Below are positions 30,497 through 39,590 of a stretch of 44,645 nt of DNA, one piece after another. The position numbers were made by a program, and so were the translations under genes. Origin of the DNA: Phycisphaeraceae bacterium (GTDB taxonomy: Bacteria; Planctomycetota; Phycisphaerae; Phycisphaerales; Zrk34). The stretch spans positions 4,688 to 49,332 of the forward strand of contig JBBDRF010000023.1 in NCBI GenBank assembly GCA_040905565.1. Reading direction: 5' to 3'. Numbering within the stretch: position 1 is the stretch's first letter; the number at the start of each line of letters is the position of its first letter. The notes beneath the pieces were generated by a model. The model made no database searches, was not told where the DNA came from, and saw only the letters and a program-made list of their open reading frames with translations.

Positions 30497-31096
30497 ATGA
30501 ACGCATACAAGACAACACGCAACGCAATCCTGCCTCTCGCACTCATCACGCTCATGCTCGTGATGACCGGATGCCAGTCCGCACGCATCGGCGAACCGCT
30601 CACCGACACGCTCGGCGGGGCTGACTTCGAGCAGCAGATGGCCTTCTGGCACGAACTCAACGAACGGCCCATCACCAGCAACGACGAAGCCTTCCACGCG
30701 CTGCTGCTCTACTTCGACGGCAGCGCCACCGAGCACACCTACGCCGATCGTGTCACGGAACTCAAGCTCCGCCGCTGGCTCCCGGATGACTTCAACGAAG
30801 ACGCCGACGTCGCCGTCCGCCGTGGCACGCTGGCCGTCGCACTGGCGCAGGCGCTGGAGATCGAAGGCGGCGTCGTCATGAGGCTCACCGGCCCCACCCC
30901 CCGCTACGCCACCCGTGAGCTGGTCTACCTCAACCTCTTCCCCGCCAGCACCGCGCAGCAAACCTTCAGCGGTGCCCAGTTCGTCGGCGTCATCGGCCGG
31001 GTCGAAGATTATCAAAGGCGTCAGGAACACAGCCGGCAGCAGGCCGAGCCCGCCCCCGAGGAAGACATGCCCGCCGACGTGGCCCAGTCCCGATGA
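30497..31096 (+). CDS. Hypothetical lipoprotein, helical, possibly SLH-like
   Basis: Lipobox MTGC. Segment VRRGTLAVALAQAL..EGG..RYATREL. Confidence 0.8.
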   Translation: MNAYKTTRNAILPLALITLMLVMTGCQSARIGEPLTDTLGGADFEQQMAFWHELNERPITSNDEAFHALLLYFDGSATEHTYADRVTELKLRRWLPDDFNEDADVAVRRGTLAVALAQALEIEGGVVMRLTGPTPRYATRELVYLNLFPASTAQQTFSGAQFVGVIGRVEDYQRRQEHSRQQAEPAPEEDMPADVAQSR

Positions 31097-31164
31097 AATC
31101 TTCCGCCCGCACGCCAACGATGCAACGAGCAGAAAACCCAACGCCTCCCGCTTCAGGAGCGATC

Positions 31165-32505
31165 ATGAGCGTCTCTCGCCCAAACCCGAACCGCACATCG
31201 CCCGCCGTCCTCACCACGCTGCTGCTCGCGCTGCTGCTGGCCTGGTCGCCCGCGCTCGCCCAGGACGAACCCGCCAACGGCGAGGCCGACGACCCCGCCG
31301 CCCCCCCAGCGGTTCAGCAGCCCGAAGGCGAGGCCGAGGCTCAGCCCGAGGCCGAGCTTGCGCCCGAGCCCGAGCCGCAGGACGAAGCGGAACCCGACCA
31401 GCCGCAGCCCGCGCCCGGCGAGCCGCTGGAGATCATCGTCGAAGCCGTTCAGGGCATGGTGCAGGTGCGCCAGGATGAAGAGGGTGAATGGCAGCGCGCC
31501 GAGCCGGGCATGGCCTTGGCGATTGGGGCGGAAGTCCGCACCGGGCCTCGCAGCATCGTCCGTCTCCAAGTCGGCGCGACGCAGACCATCACGCTCGACC
31601 GTCTCGGCACGGTGCAGGTCCTCGAAGCGATCAAACGTGAAGGGGTGATCAACACCGACATCGGCATGCCCTACGGCCGCACGCGATACCAGGTGCAGTC
31701 CGTCGAAGACGTTGAGCATTCCGGGCAGATTCGCAGCCCCTCCGCTTCGCTCGCGGTCACCGGCTCCGAGGGCCTGCTCGAAGATTATGCCGACCGCCCA
31801 CCGCTAGGCGGCTCCGACTCCGGCACCATCGCCTTCATCAACACCGACGGCCGCTTCATCCCCCTCGATCCGCCCTCGCGCATCGAAGGCGACCAGACCG
31901 CGGGCGCCCAATATCAGCTCGCCGACGGAACCTTCAACCCCCTCGGCCTCTCGCTTAGCGAACTCGAACAATGGCTCATGGGCCAGTACCCCTCCGGCAC
32001 CTTCCAGCACTGGCTCGCGGACTTCCACGAATTCCGTGATCACGACAGCGCCAACGCCAGCTTCGACTACTTCGCCGAGAACTTCGGCGAGGGCGGCGAA
32101 ACGTTCCCCGGCGCGCTCAGCTTCGAGGTGATCGGGCCGCTAGATCTGGACTTCCCAGACCGAATGACGACACTGCAGGTGACCGATCCGTTCGGTGAAA
32201 CACTCTCGCTGGACGACCCTCTTAACGACAACTTCGCCAGCAGTGATTCGGGCGGCAACATGTCTTTCTTTGCCAATGATGGCGAATATCAATGGTTCGT
32301 CGTTTGGCCCGAAGGCGTGCCCTACGGCACCTACACCGCCGAGCTTTGGAACGACACCAATCAGTTCCTCTCCGCCGACAGCTACGACGTCATCGTGCGC
32401 GACTCAGGAAATCAGGTGATCTACACCGGCTCCGGCGGCCTCGAGCCACCGCCCTACAGCGAGGGCAGCGAAAGAATCATCATCGAAATCCCACTGCTCG
32501 ACTGA
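31165..32505 (+). CDS. Exported FecR-domain protein with acidic C-terminal domain
   Basis: Signal peptide ending ALA-Q, E/P-rich linker, FecR-like VQG.V.V...W..A..G..L..G.EVRTG..S and I.SPSASLAV.G. AGGAG SD. Confidence 0.8.
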   Translation: MSVSRPNPNRTSPAVLTTLLLALLLAWSPALAQDEPANGEADDPAAPPAVQQPEGEAEAQPEAELAPEPEPQDEAEPDQPQPAPGEPLEIIVEAVQGMVQVRQDEEGEWQRAEPGMALAIGAEVRTGPRSIVRLQVGATQTITLDRLGTVQVLEAIKREGVINTDIGMPYGRTRYQVQSVEDVEHSGQIRSPSASLAVTGSEGLLEDYADRPPLGGSDSGTIAFINTDGRFIPLDPPSRIEGDQTAGAQYQLADGTFNPLGLSLSELEQWLMGQYPSGTFQHWLADFHEFRDHDSANASFDYFAENFGEGGETFPGALSFEVIGPLDLDFPDRMTTLQVTDPFGETLSLDDPLNDNFASSDSGGNMSFFANDGEYQWFVVWPEGVPYGTYTAELWNDTNQFLSADSYDVIVRDSGNQVIYTGSGGLEPPPYSEGSERIIIEIPLLD

Positions 32506-32610
32506 GGCTCCCCAATGAGTGGCGCCCGTAAGGAAGCGGTCGGCTCAACGCCAAACCCACACGGGGAGGTACGGCCACGCCAATGTGCCTGGCATCGACT
32601 GCTACTTGGG

Positions 32611-32766
32611 AAAACCCACCACAGAGGCACAGAGGGCACAGAGGTCGGAAAAGGCAGAGGCGGAAGAAACCTAAGAAAAGATCCATTCCACGCATTTTCT
32701 GCCTAGCCTGTCTTCTTTTCTCGTCTTTCTTACCTCCTCTTCCTCTGTGCCTCTGTGGTTGGTTTT
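32611..32766. repeat. Inverted repeat element with cacagag units (family E)
   Basis: aaaacccaccacagaggcacagagg ... cctctgtgcctctgtggttggtttt. Confidence 0.65.
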
Positions 32767-32814
32767 CTCCTCCCCCCACTTGTGGTCGTGTTACGCTGAG
32801 ATGAAGATATCGCC

Positions 32815-35724
32815 ATGACGAATCTGGAGCGGAAGCGAACGCGGCAGACCTGGGCGGTGGGGTTGCTGCTCACCGCAGCCGTGGCCGTTGCCTCCCTCAC
32901 CGGCTCGCTCAACGCGCTTGAAAACGCCTGGTACGATGCCCGCGTCCGGTGGTTCCAGTTCTATACGCCCGCTTCAAATCCTGAAAATTCACAAGCAGCC
33001 GACCGCATCGCCGTTGTCCACATCGATCAACCCGCCTTACAGCAGGTGGGATCATGGCCTTGGCCTCGGGCGCATCTGGCGCGCGTGGTCGATCAGCTTG
33101 ACGCAGCGGGGGCGAACGTCATCGCGCTCGATCTGCTTTTCACTGAGCCCCAGCAGCCGCGTTTCGCCGTGGATGTTGATGGTCAGCCCGGTCAGCGCAT
33201 CCACGACGACCGCGAACTCGCCAAGGCCCTCGCGCGCACCGGTCGCAGCATCGTGCCGGTGAATCTTCCGCTGCCCAGCCGTGAGCGCGACAAGTCCCGC
33301 ACGCCCCGCCAGCTCATCGACGCGGCAGCGGAGCAGTTGCGTGAAGATCTGTCACAGCAGGCAGCGGCGGTGCGGGCCGTGCTGAACGCGCGTGATCAGA
33401 CGCTGCGTGTCTCCGAAGGTGTCTGGGAAGATGCGTTCGTCAGTGCCCGGGAACGGGTGATGCGTGAAGCGGTGCATGCGGCCCTCGCCGCCGGCGTTGA
33501 CGATCCAGCCGCGGCGTTCGCCCGCATCCTGCCCCAGGCCGATGCCGAGGCCGACAGCGTCTTGCGTCGCCTTTTTCAGCACCTTTGGCAGCGGGCGCAG
33601 GCCGAGCGCGCGATGCTTCGGTTCGGCCGAGCCGTCGATCCGCTCGCCACGCTTGCGCCGGAGGCGGAAGGCATCGCAGCGCCGATTCCGGAGATCGCCG
33701 AGGCGGCCGGCGGCAGCGGGTTCATCAACTGGGGCGGCGAAGGGGCCGTGCGAAGCCTGCCCCTCTGGGTCGAGCATGAAGGCCGGGCCTATCCGCAGTT
33801 CGGCCTCGCCGTCGCCATGCAGATGTTGAACGTTTCCGCCGCCGACGTGCAGTTCGAGCCGGGCCGCGTGATTCTGCCACGTGGCGAAGACGCCGCCCCG
33901 CTCATCATCCCCACGCACGCCGAGCACGATGCTGCGGGCAAGCCGCGGGGGCATCACATGGTCGTGCCCTGGTACGGCCCTGCGGAGTGGTGGGAGGTCA
34001 TGTTCGACATCCCCGATCACACCAAAGCCCGCGGGCAGGTTCCGCTGTTGGCGGTGTGGGAGGTCGCCGAGGCGGAGCGTCGGCTGGCGGAGAATCGGGC
34101 GGAGGCTGTACGGGCGATTGAGTCCGTGCTGGCGGTGATGGATCCGTCGGGCCTTGCTTCTTTCCGCGAGCAGCAGTCGCAACTGGAGCCTGACGCCGCC
34201 GGGCAGGCGATCAAGCAGACCGCGCACGACGTGCTGAACGACGAGAGCATTCGCGACATGGTCGCCTACGCCGCCGACCTTCGTGACGAGGGCGAGGCCC
34301 TTGACGAAGTGACGCTAGGCCTTCTCGAATGGTACCAACAGCTTGAGCGGATCACCGAGGCCAACGCCGATCTGCAGGCCGTGCGGGATGAGCGTCAGCA
34401 ATGGCTCCGCGAGCGCGTCGCTGACCGGGCGGTGTTCGTTGGGTGGACCGCCACGGGGGCCGTGGTCGATCTGGTCAACACGCCGCTGCACACGGAATGC
34501 CCCGGCGTGATGGTGCACGCCGCCGTCGCCCAGGCGATCATGCACGACCACTTCTGGCGAAGCAGCCCGCGGTGGTGGGGTCTGGCGGCTTTGCTGATCG
34601 TCAGCATCCTGATCATCGCAAGCGTCGCCACGTTTTTACCCCTGCTCGCCACGCTCGCCAGTCTGCTGGTCGCCGGCGGTTGGGCGCTGCTCGATGGTCT
34701 GCTTATCTTCGACATGCTCAGCATCGTCATGCCCGGTGCTGCGCCGCTTGTTGGCACCGCCGTGGTCTGGGGCGGGTGCGTCGCCTGGCGGTATCTGGTC
34801 GAGCGGACCGAACGTTCCCGCATCACCCGGCGGTTCTCCAGCTATGTCGATCCCGCCCTCGTGGAGTTCGTCGTCAACCATCCCGAGCAGGGCCAGCTTG
34901 AAGGCGAAGTGCGTGAGCTCACCGTCGTCTTCACCGACCTCGCCGGCTTCACCACGCTCTCGGAACGCCTCGGCGGGCAGACCGTCGCGCTGCTGAACGA
35001 ATACATGGGCCTGATGGTGCCGCTCATCCGGCAGCACGGCGGGTTCGTCAACAAGTTCCTCGGCGACGGGATCATGTTCTTCTACGGCGCGCCCGTCCAC
35101 CGCCACGACCACGCCGCCGACGCCGTCGCCACCGTCCTCGCCATGCAGCAGGCCATGCACGCGTTCAACGAAAGCCTCGCCGAACGCGGCATGATCGAGG
35201 CCATAGACGGCGGGAAAAGTGGGGGGGGTGGCGGATTGGGCATGCGTGCCGGCGTCGCCACGGGCAGCATGATTGTCGGTGATGCCGGCCCGCCCGACGC
35301 CAGCGATTACACCGTGCTCGGCGACACCGTCAACCTCGCCGCTCGCCTGGAATCGGCCAACAAAGCCGTCGGCACCCGCACCCTCATCACGGCGCGCACG
35401 CTCGAACTGGTCGGAGAAAACCGTTACGCCGTTCGCCCTATCGGTCGGCTGCAAGTGGTCGGCAAGCAGGAGGGCGTCGCCGTCTACGAACCGCTAGGGC
35501 CCGCCGATGCCGTCGATGCCGACACGCAGCAACTGATCGATGAAACCCGCGCCATGGTCGACGCATTTCAGGATGGGCGCTTTGATGATTGCCTCACCGC
35601 CGCCCGCACCCTCGAGCACCACGCGCCATCAGAAAAACTCATCGCTCTCTACCGCAAAGCCTGCGAAGCCCAACGCGAAGACCCCGACACCTTCACGGGC
35701 CAAATCGTACTCACCGAAAAGTAA
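32815..35724 (+). CDS. CHASE2-domain class III adenylate cyclase
   Basis: CHASE2 (IDQ.AL...G.WPWPR, DLLF.E, PGVMVHA), C-proximal TMs, cyclase core FTDLAGF, KFLGDG, YTVLGDTVNLAARLE. The K/T residues indicate ATP specificity. Confidence 0.93.
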   Translation: MTNLERKRTRQTWAVGLLLTAAVAVASLTGSLNALENAWYDARVRWFQFYTPASNPENSQAADRIAVVHIDQPALQQVGSWPWPRAHLARVVDQLDAAGANVIALDLLFTEPQQPRFAVDVDGQPGQRIHDDRELAKALARTGRSIVPVNLPLPSRERDKSRTPRQLIDAAAEQLREDLSQQAAAVRAVLNARDQTLRVSEGVWEDAFVSARERVMREAVHAALAAGVDDPAAAFARILPQADAEADSVLRRLFQHLWQRAQAERAMLRFGRAVDPLATLAPEAEGIAAPIPEIAEAAGGSGFINWGGEGAVRSLPLWVEHEGRAYPQFGLAVAMQMLNVSAADVQFEPGRVILPRGEDAAPLIIPTHAEHDAAGKPRGHHMVVPWYGPAEWWEVMFDIPDHTKARGQVPLLAVWEVAEAERRLAENRAEAVRAIESVLAVMDPSGLASFREQQSQLEPDAAGQAIKQTAHDVLNDESIRDMVAYAADLRDEGEALDEVTLGLLEWYQQLERITEANADLQAVRDERQQWLRERVADRAVFVGWTATGAVVDLVNTPLHTECPGVMVHAAVAQAIMHDHFWRSSPRWWGLAALLIVSILIIASVATFLPLLATLASLLVAGGWALLDGLLIFDMLSIVMPGAAPLVGTAVVWGGCVAWRYLVERTERSRITRRFSSYVDPALVEFVVNHPEQGQLEGEVRELTVVFTDLAGFTTLSERLGGQTVALLNEYMGLMVPLIRQHGGFVNKFLGDGIMFFYGAPVHRHDHAADAVATVLAMQQAMHAFNESLAERGMIEAIDGGKSGGGGGLGMRAGVATGSMIVGDAGPPDASDYTVLGDTVNLAARLESANKAVGTRTLITARTLELVGENRYAVRPIGRLQVVGKQEGVAVYEPLGPADAVDADTQQLIDETRAMVDAFQDGRFDDCLTAARTLEHHAPSEKLIALYRKACEAQREDPDTFTGQIVLTEK

Positions 35725-35725
35725 A

Positions 35726-35838
35726 TTAGCGGGCGATCGCAGATCGCCGTTGGGCCCTGCGGTGTGTCACTGGTGGCTTGCCCACCAGTGCCCCGGTCCG
35801 AACGTCAAGCACACTGGTGGACGAGCCACCAGTGCCAC
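35726..35838. repeat. REP cluster: family C unit (35726-35750) plus inverted family D doublet (35764-35790, 35812-35838)
   Basis: cactggtggcttgcccaccagtg and cactggtggacgagccaccagtg between the convergent cyclase and ubiX genes. Confidence 0.75.
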
Positions 35839-35852
35839 GCGCTAATCAGTAA

Positions 35853-36437
35853 TCATGCCTTACGATTCGCCGGCGAATCATCCCATCGCGTGTTCAACGT
35901 GTGCTCGACGTCCACCAGATCCAGCAGCCGGCCGACCACGAAATCAACCAGATCCTCAACCGTTCGCGGCAGCATGTAAAAGCCCGGGTTCGTCGGTGCG
36001 ATGATCGCCCCCGCTTCCGTCGCAGCAGCCATGTTGCGAATCTCGACCAAACTCAACGGCATCTCGCGATGCGCCAAGATCACCCGTCGGCGTTCCTTGA
36101 GTGCCACGCTCGCCGCCCGGTGCATCAGGTTGTTCGCCTGCCCCTGCGCCACCGCCGCAAGCGTGTTGTTTGAACACGGGCAAATGATCATGCCGTCATG
36201 CTTGAACGAGCCCGATGCGATTGGTGCCCCCACATCCCGATGCTGATGCAGTACGACGCGATCGCCCTCCGCCAGCGCCTTCACGTCCACGCCGAGTTCA
36301 TCGTGCAGGAGCCGTTGACCCAGTGGCGAAACCACCAAGTGAACTTCCACGTCCGCAGCGACCAGCTGTTGCACCAGCCGCTGGGCGTACGCTGCCCCGC
36401 TCGCGCCGCTGATCCCTACCACGATGCGCCTGGGCAT
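35853..36437 (-). CDS. ubiX: Flavin prenyltransferase
   Basis: GISGASG, IASGS, PCS, RAA.V.LKERR, RE.P, PGFY. Confidence 0.95.
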   Translation of the reverse strand: MPRRIVVGISGASGAAYAQRLVQQLVAADVEVHLVVSPLGQRLLHDELGVDVKALAEGDRVVLHQHRDVGAPIASGSFKHDGMIICPCSNNTLAAVAQGQANNLMHRAASVALKERRRVILAHREMPLSLVEIRNMAAATEAGAIIAPTNPGFYMLPRTVEDLVDFVVGRLLDLVDVEHTLNTRWDDSPANRKA

Positions 36438-36478
36438 AATTCCAGCCTGTCATTGAAGGGGCGAATGCCGACCCCGGA

Positions 36479-37828
36479 TTACCCGCGGCGGGTGCGGAAG
36501 CGTGAACCCAGCGTCTTGCGGGCCGGGCCCTTCGGCACGATGCCGCCGGGGAACAGGTTCGTGTCGACTTCCTTTTCAGTCGGCATCGCCACGCTCGCTG
36601 CAAATCGTGAGGTACGCGGCTCGACCTTCGGAAGCTCCGGCTCCGGCCTTCTGCCCGAATCGTCACGCCAGGTGGCCGGCTTCTCCGACGGCTCGAAGTC
36701 CGGGTACTCCAGCTTCTCGATATGCACGTTCGTGAGCTTTTCGATCTCCGTCAGCCTTTGCCCCTGCTCCGGCTCCACGAAGGTCCATGCCACGCCCGAT
36801 CGGCCCGCCCGAGCCGTCCGCCCGATGCGATGCACGTACACTTCCGGATCGTCCGGCAGGTCATAATTGATCACATGCGTGATGTCGTCCACGTCCAGGC
36901 CTCGGCTGGCCAGATCGCTGGCGACCAGCACTTCCAGCTTGCCCGCCCGCAGCCGATCCATGATCCGCGTCCGCTTGTTCTGGGGCAGGTCGCCATGAAT
37001 CTCGAACGCTTCCACGCCGTGGTCGTTCAGGTTCTTCGTGACCGAGCTGACCTTCCGTTTCGTGCGGCAGAAGATCACCGTCAGGCCCGGCTCTTCGTGG
37101 TCGAGCAGATGCCGAAGCATCCGCTGCTTGTCCCACGGCCGCACGGGCACGTAATGCTGCGTCACCATCGAAACGGTCAGCGAACCCGCCGCCGTGGTGA
37201 TCTTCTCGGCATCTTCCTTCATGAACTGGCGGGCGAGGCGTTCGATGTCGTCGCTGATCGTGGCGGACACGAAGATCGTCTGATGCTCGCCGCGCATGCG
37301 TGAAAGCAGCTTGCGGATGTCGTCCCGGAAGCCGATGTCCAGCATCCGGTCCACCTCATCCAGCACCACCCACTTCACGCGGTCAAAGCTGAGGTTGCCC
37401 CGGCTCTGCAGGTCCATCACCCGGCCGGGCGTGCCGACGATCAGGTGCGCCCCGCCTTCGAGGTTCTTAATCTGCTGCTTGTACGATTCGCCGCCGACCA
37501 CGCTCATCGCCCGGATCGGCGTGTGCTTCGCCAGCTCGTTAAGCTCGACCACGATCTGGGTCGCCAGCTCCCGCGTCGGGGCGAGGATCAGCGCCTGCCC
37601 GCCGACTTCCGGATCCGCCAGGTGCATCAGCGGAAGCCCGAACGCTGCGGTCTTGCCCGTGCCGGTCTTCGCCTGACCCAGCGCGTCCTTGCCGTTCAGG
37701 ATCATCGGAATCAGCCGCGCCTGAATGTCGGTCGGATGCTCGAACCCGGCGTCTTTGGCGCCCTTGAGCACCGAATCACGCAGGCCCAGATCGTCGAACC
37801 GCTTGTCTTCGTGAAAAATGTCGCCCAT
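36479..37828 (-). CDS. DEAD-box RNA helicase (DEVD variant)
   Basis: Q motif, AKTGTGKT, PTRELA, TPGR, DEVD, SAT, SRGLD, HRIGRTAR. Confidence 0.95.
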   Translation of the reverse strand: MGDIFHEDKRFDDLGLRDSVLKGAKDAGFEHPTDIQARLIPMILNGKDALGQAKTGTGKTAAFGLPLMHLADPEVGGQALILAPTRELATQIVVELNELAKHTPIRAMSVVGGESYKQQIKNLEGGAHLIVGTPGRVMDLQSRGNLSFDRVKWVVLDEVDRMLDIGFRDDIRKLLSRMRGEHQTIFVSATISDDIERLARQFMKEDAEKITTAAGSLTVSMVTQHYVPVRPWDKQRMLRHLLDHEEPGLTVIFCRTKRKVSSVTKNLNDHGVEAFEIHGDLPQNKRTRIMDRLRAGKLEVLVASDLASRGLDVDDITHVINYDLPDDPEVYVHRIGRTARAGRSGVAWTFVEPEQGQRLTEIEKLTNVHIEKLEYPDFEPSEKPATWRDDSGRRPEPELPKVEPRTSRFAASVAMPTEKEVDTNLFPGGIVPKGPARKTLGSRFRTRRG

Positions 37829-37991
37829 GCCTGTCGCTCATTTCGTTGATTGTCAGCGACAGGCACTACGCGAATGGCGCGGTTGTTACTGAAGTTACTG
37901 CAACTACGGCGCAATCGGCGTAGCGGCCTGTCGTCCGACGGGGGGAATAAGTTCAAACGTTCCACTTCGGGACGTCCCGAGAGTCCGTTAT

Positions 37992-38019
37992 AGTATAGCT
38001 GTTGAAGTAAGTCGGACAA
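37992..38019 (-). promoter_or_regulatory. Candidate sigma70-type promoter for the helicase
   Basis: Minus strand TTGTCC-16 nt-TATACT, implying a leader of roughly 150 nt. Confidence 0.4.
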
Positions 38020-38064
38020 GCAAATCGCACAATCCGCCAGTCGCGTCGATCAGGGAGGATCCGC

Positions 38065-39291
38065 ATGGCCGCCACCAGCCGAATCCACATTGACCTGACC
38101 GCGCTCGATCACAACTGCCGCACCTGGCGAGAGGTGGTCGGCCCCGGCTGCCGTATCTGCGCCGTGGTCAAGGCCGACGCCTACGGCCTCGGTGCCGTCG
38201 CCATGACGCGCCGCCTGGCTGCGAACCACGTCGACATGCTTGCGGTCTACTCCGCCGAGCAGGCTTCGGAACTGGTCACGGCCGCCGCTTCCACGCCGAT
38301 CCTGATCCTGATGCCCGTCGAAGACATCAGCCGGACCGATGCGCTCTATCGGCCCCTGGTGGCGGGGCGGTTGCACCTGGCGCTCCACTCGATGCGTCAG
38401 CTTGAGAAGGTCGACGCGCTCGGCCGACAGTTCGGCACCGCCATCCCCGTTCACGTCGAAGTCGACACCGGCATGAACCGCCTGGGCACGCCCCTGGCCG
38501 ACGCCGAAGCGTTGATCCGCGCGATCCGTGACCGTCGATATCTCAAGCTCGCCGGGCTACTCTCCCACGCCGCCGCTGCGAACAACGATCCCGATTACAC
38601 CCACCAGCAGCACGCCCGGTTCGATCAACTGCTGCAGGAAAACGCCATCGGCGACGACGTGCTGATCCATTTCGCAGGCACCTTCGCTGCGATGCGACAC
38701 CCCAGCTATCACCGCACCATGGTCCGCCTCGGCCTCGGCCTCTTCGGGTACGGCCCGGACAACATCGCCCAGCCCGACGAAGCCATTGCCCCGCTGCCGC
38801 CGCTGAAGCCGATCGTGCGCTGGGTCAGCAACATCGTGCATGTGAAGGATGTCCCCGCCGGCGCGGGCGTCGGCTACAACCTTGAGCACACCACCAGCCG
38901 ACCGAGCCGCCTTGCGATCGTCCCCGTTGGATACGGCGACGGCTATCCGTGGAGCCTGCGCAACCAGGCGATCGTCCGCGTCGGTGAATCGCTCTGGGAA
39001 GTCCCCGTCCGCGGCCAGATCAACATGGACCAGATCATCATCGACATCACGCCCCCCACCAACGGCGAGGCGGGGGCGGGCGGCGCGAACGGTGGTGGGG
39101 GGGCGGACATTGGCACGGAAGTGGAGTTGATTTCCGACGATCCCGCCGCCCCGAACGCGCTGCACAAGCTCGCTGCCCAGGCAGGCAGCACCTGCTACGA
39201 AACGCTGTGTCGTCTCTCGCCACGCGTTCAGCGTCGCTACCTCGTCGCCGACCGCACCACCGGCACCCTCAACCACGCCGCGACGGTGTGA
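38065..39291 (+). CDS. alr: Alanine racemase
   Basis: AVVKADAYG (PLP Lys), DTGMNRLG, VGY, VGYGDGY, G.INMDQ, YE.LC. Confidence 0.93.
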   Translation: MAATSRIHIDLTALDHNCRTWREVVGPGCRICAVVKADAYGLGAVAMTRRLAANHVDMLAVYSAEQASELVTAAASTPILILMPVEDISRTDALYRPLVAGRLHLALHSMRQLEKVDALGRQFGTAIPVHVEVDTGMNRLGTPLADAEALIRAIRDRRYLKLAGLLSHAAAANNDPDYTHQQHARFDQLLQENAIGDDVLIHFAGTFAAMRHPSYHRTMVRLGLGLFGYGPDNIAQPDEAIAPLPPLKPIVRWVSNIVHVKDVPAGAGVGYNLEHTTSRPSRLAIVPVGYGDGYPWSLRNQAIVRVGESLWEVPVRGQINMDQIIIDITPPTNGEAGAGGANGGGGADIGTEVELISDDPAAPNALHKLAAQAGSTCYETLCRLSPRVQRRYLVADRTTGTLNHAATV

Positions 39292-39352
39292 CGGGAATGG
39301 TTGACGTGTGATGGGTATTAGGTGAAGGCTGATTTCACCCACGAAGCCCGAT

Positions 39353-39575
39353 ACGAGCCGCGACCGTAAGGGAGCGGTTGTGCGTAAGGCGGCGCCGCAT
39401 CACATGAACACCCCGAAACGTTGACGACTCATACCCGCGTGCCACACAGCAGCCCGCAGGGTGCTGTGTGCGACCCGGTGCTCACGCACAGGACAACGCA
39501 ATCCACTACCGCGCGATGTGCTGCGAATCGTGATAAGGCCCGGCACACAACCGCTCCCTGACGGTCGCGGCTCGT
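39353..39575. repeat. REPIN-like element, family A (copy 2), containing a nested family B palindrome (39439-39476)
   Basis: acgagccgcgaccgtaagggagcggttgtgcgtaaggc ... accgctccctgacggtcgcggctcgt. Confidence 0.8.
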
Positions 39576-39590
39576 CGCCGAACGCGCGCT

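Noticed and set aside
28554..30542. 662-aa minus-strand ORF
   Set aside because: Antisense shadow of the C-ending-codon-rich barrel gene, with no recognisable motifs.
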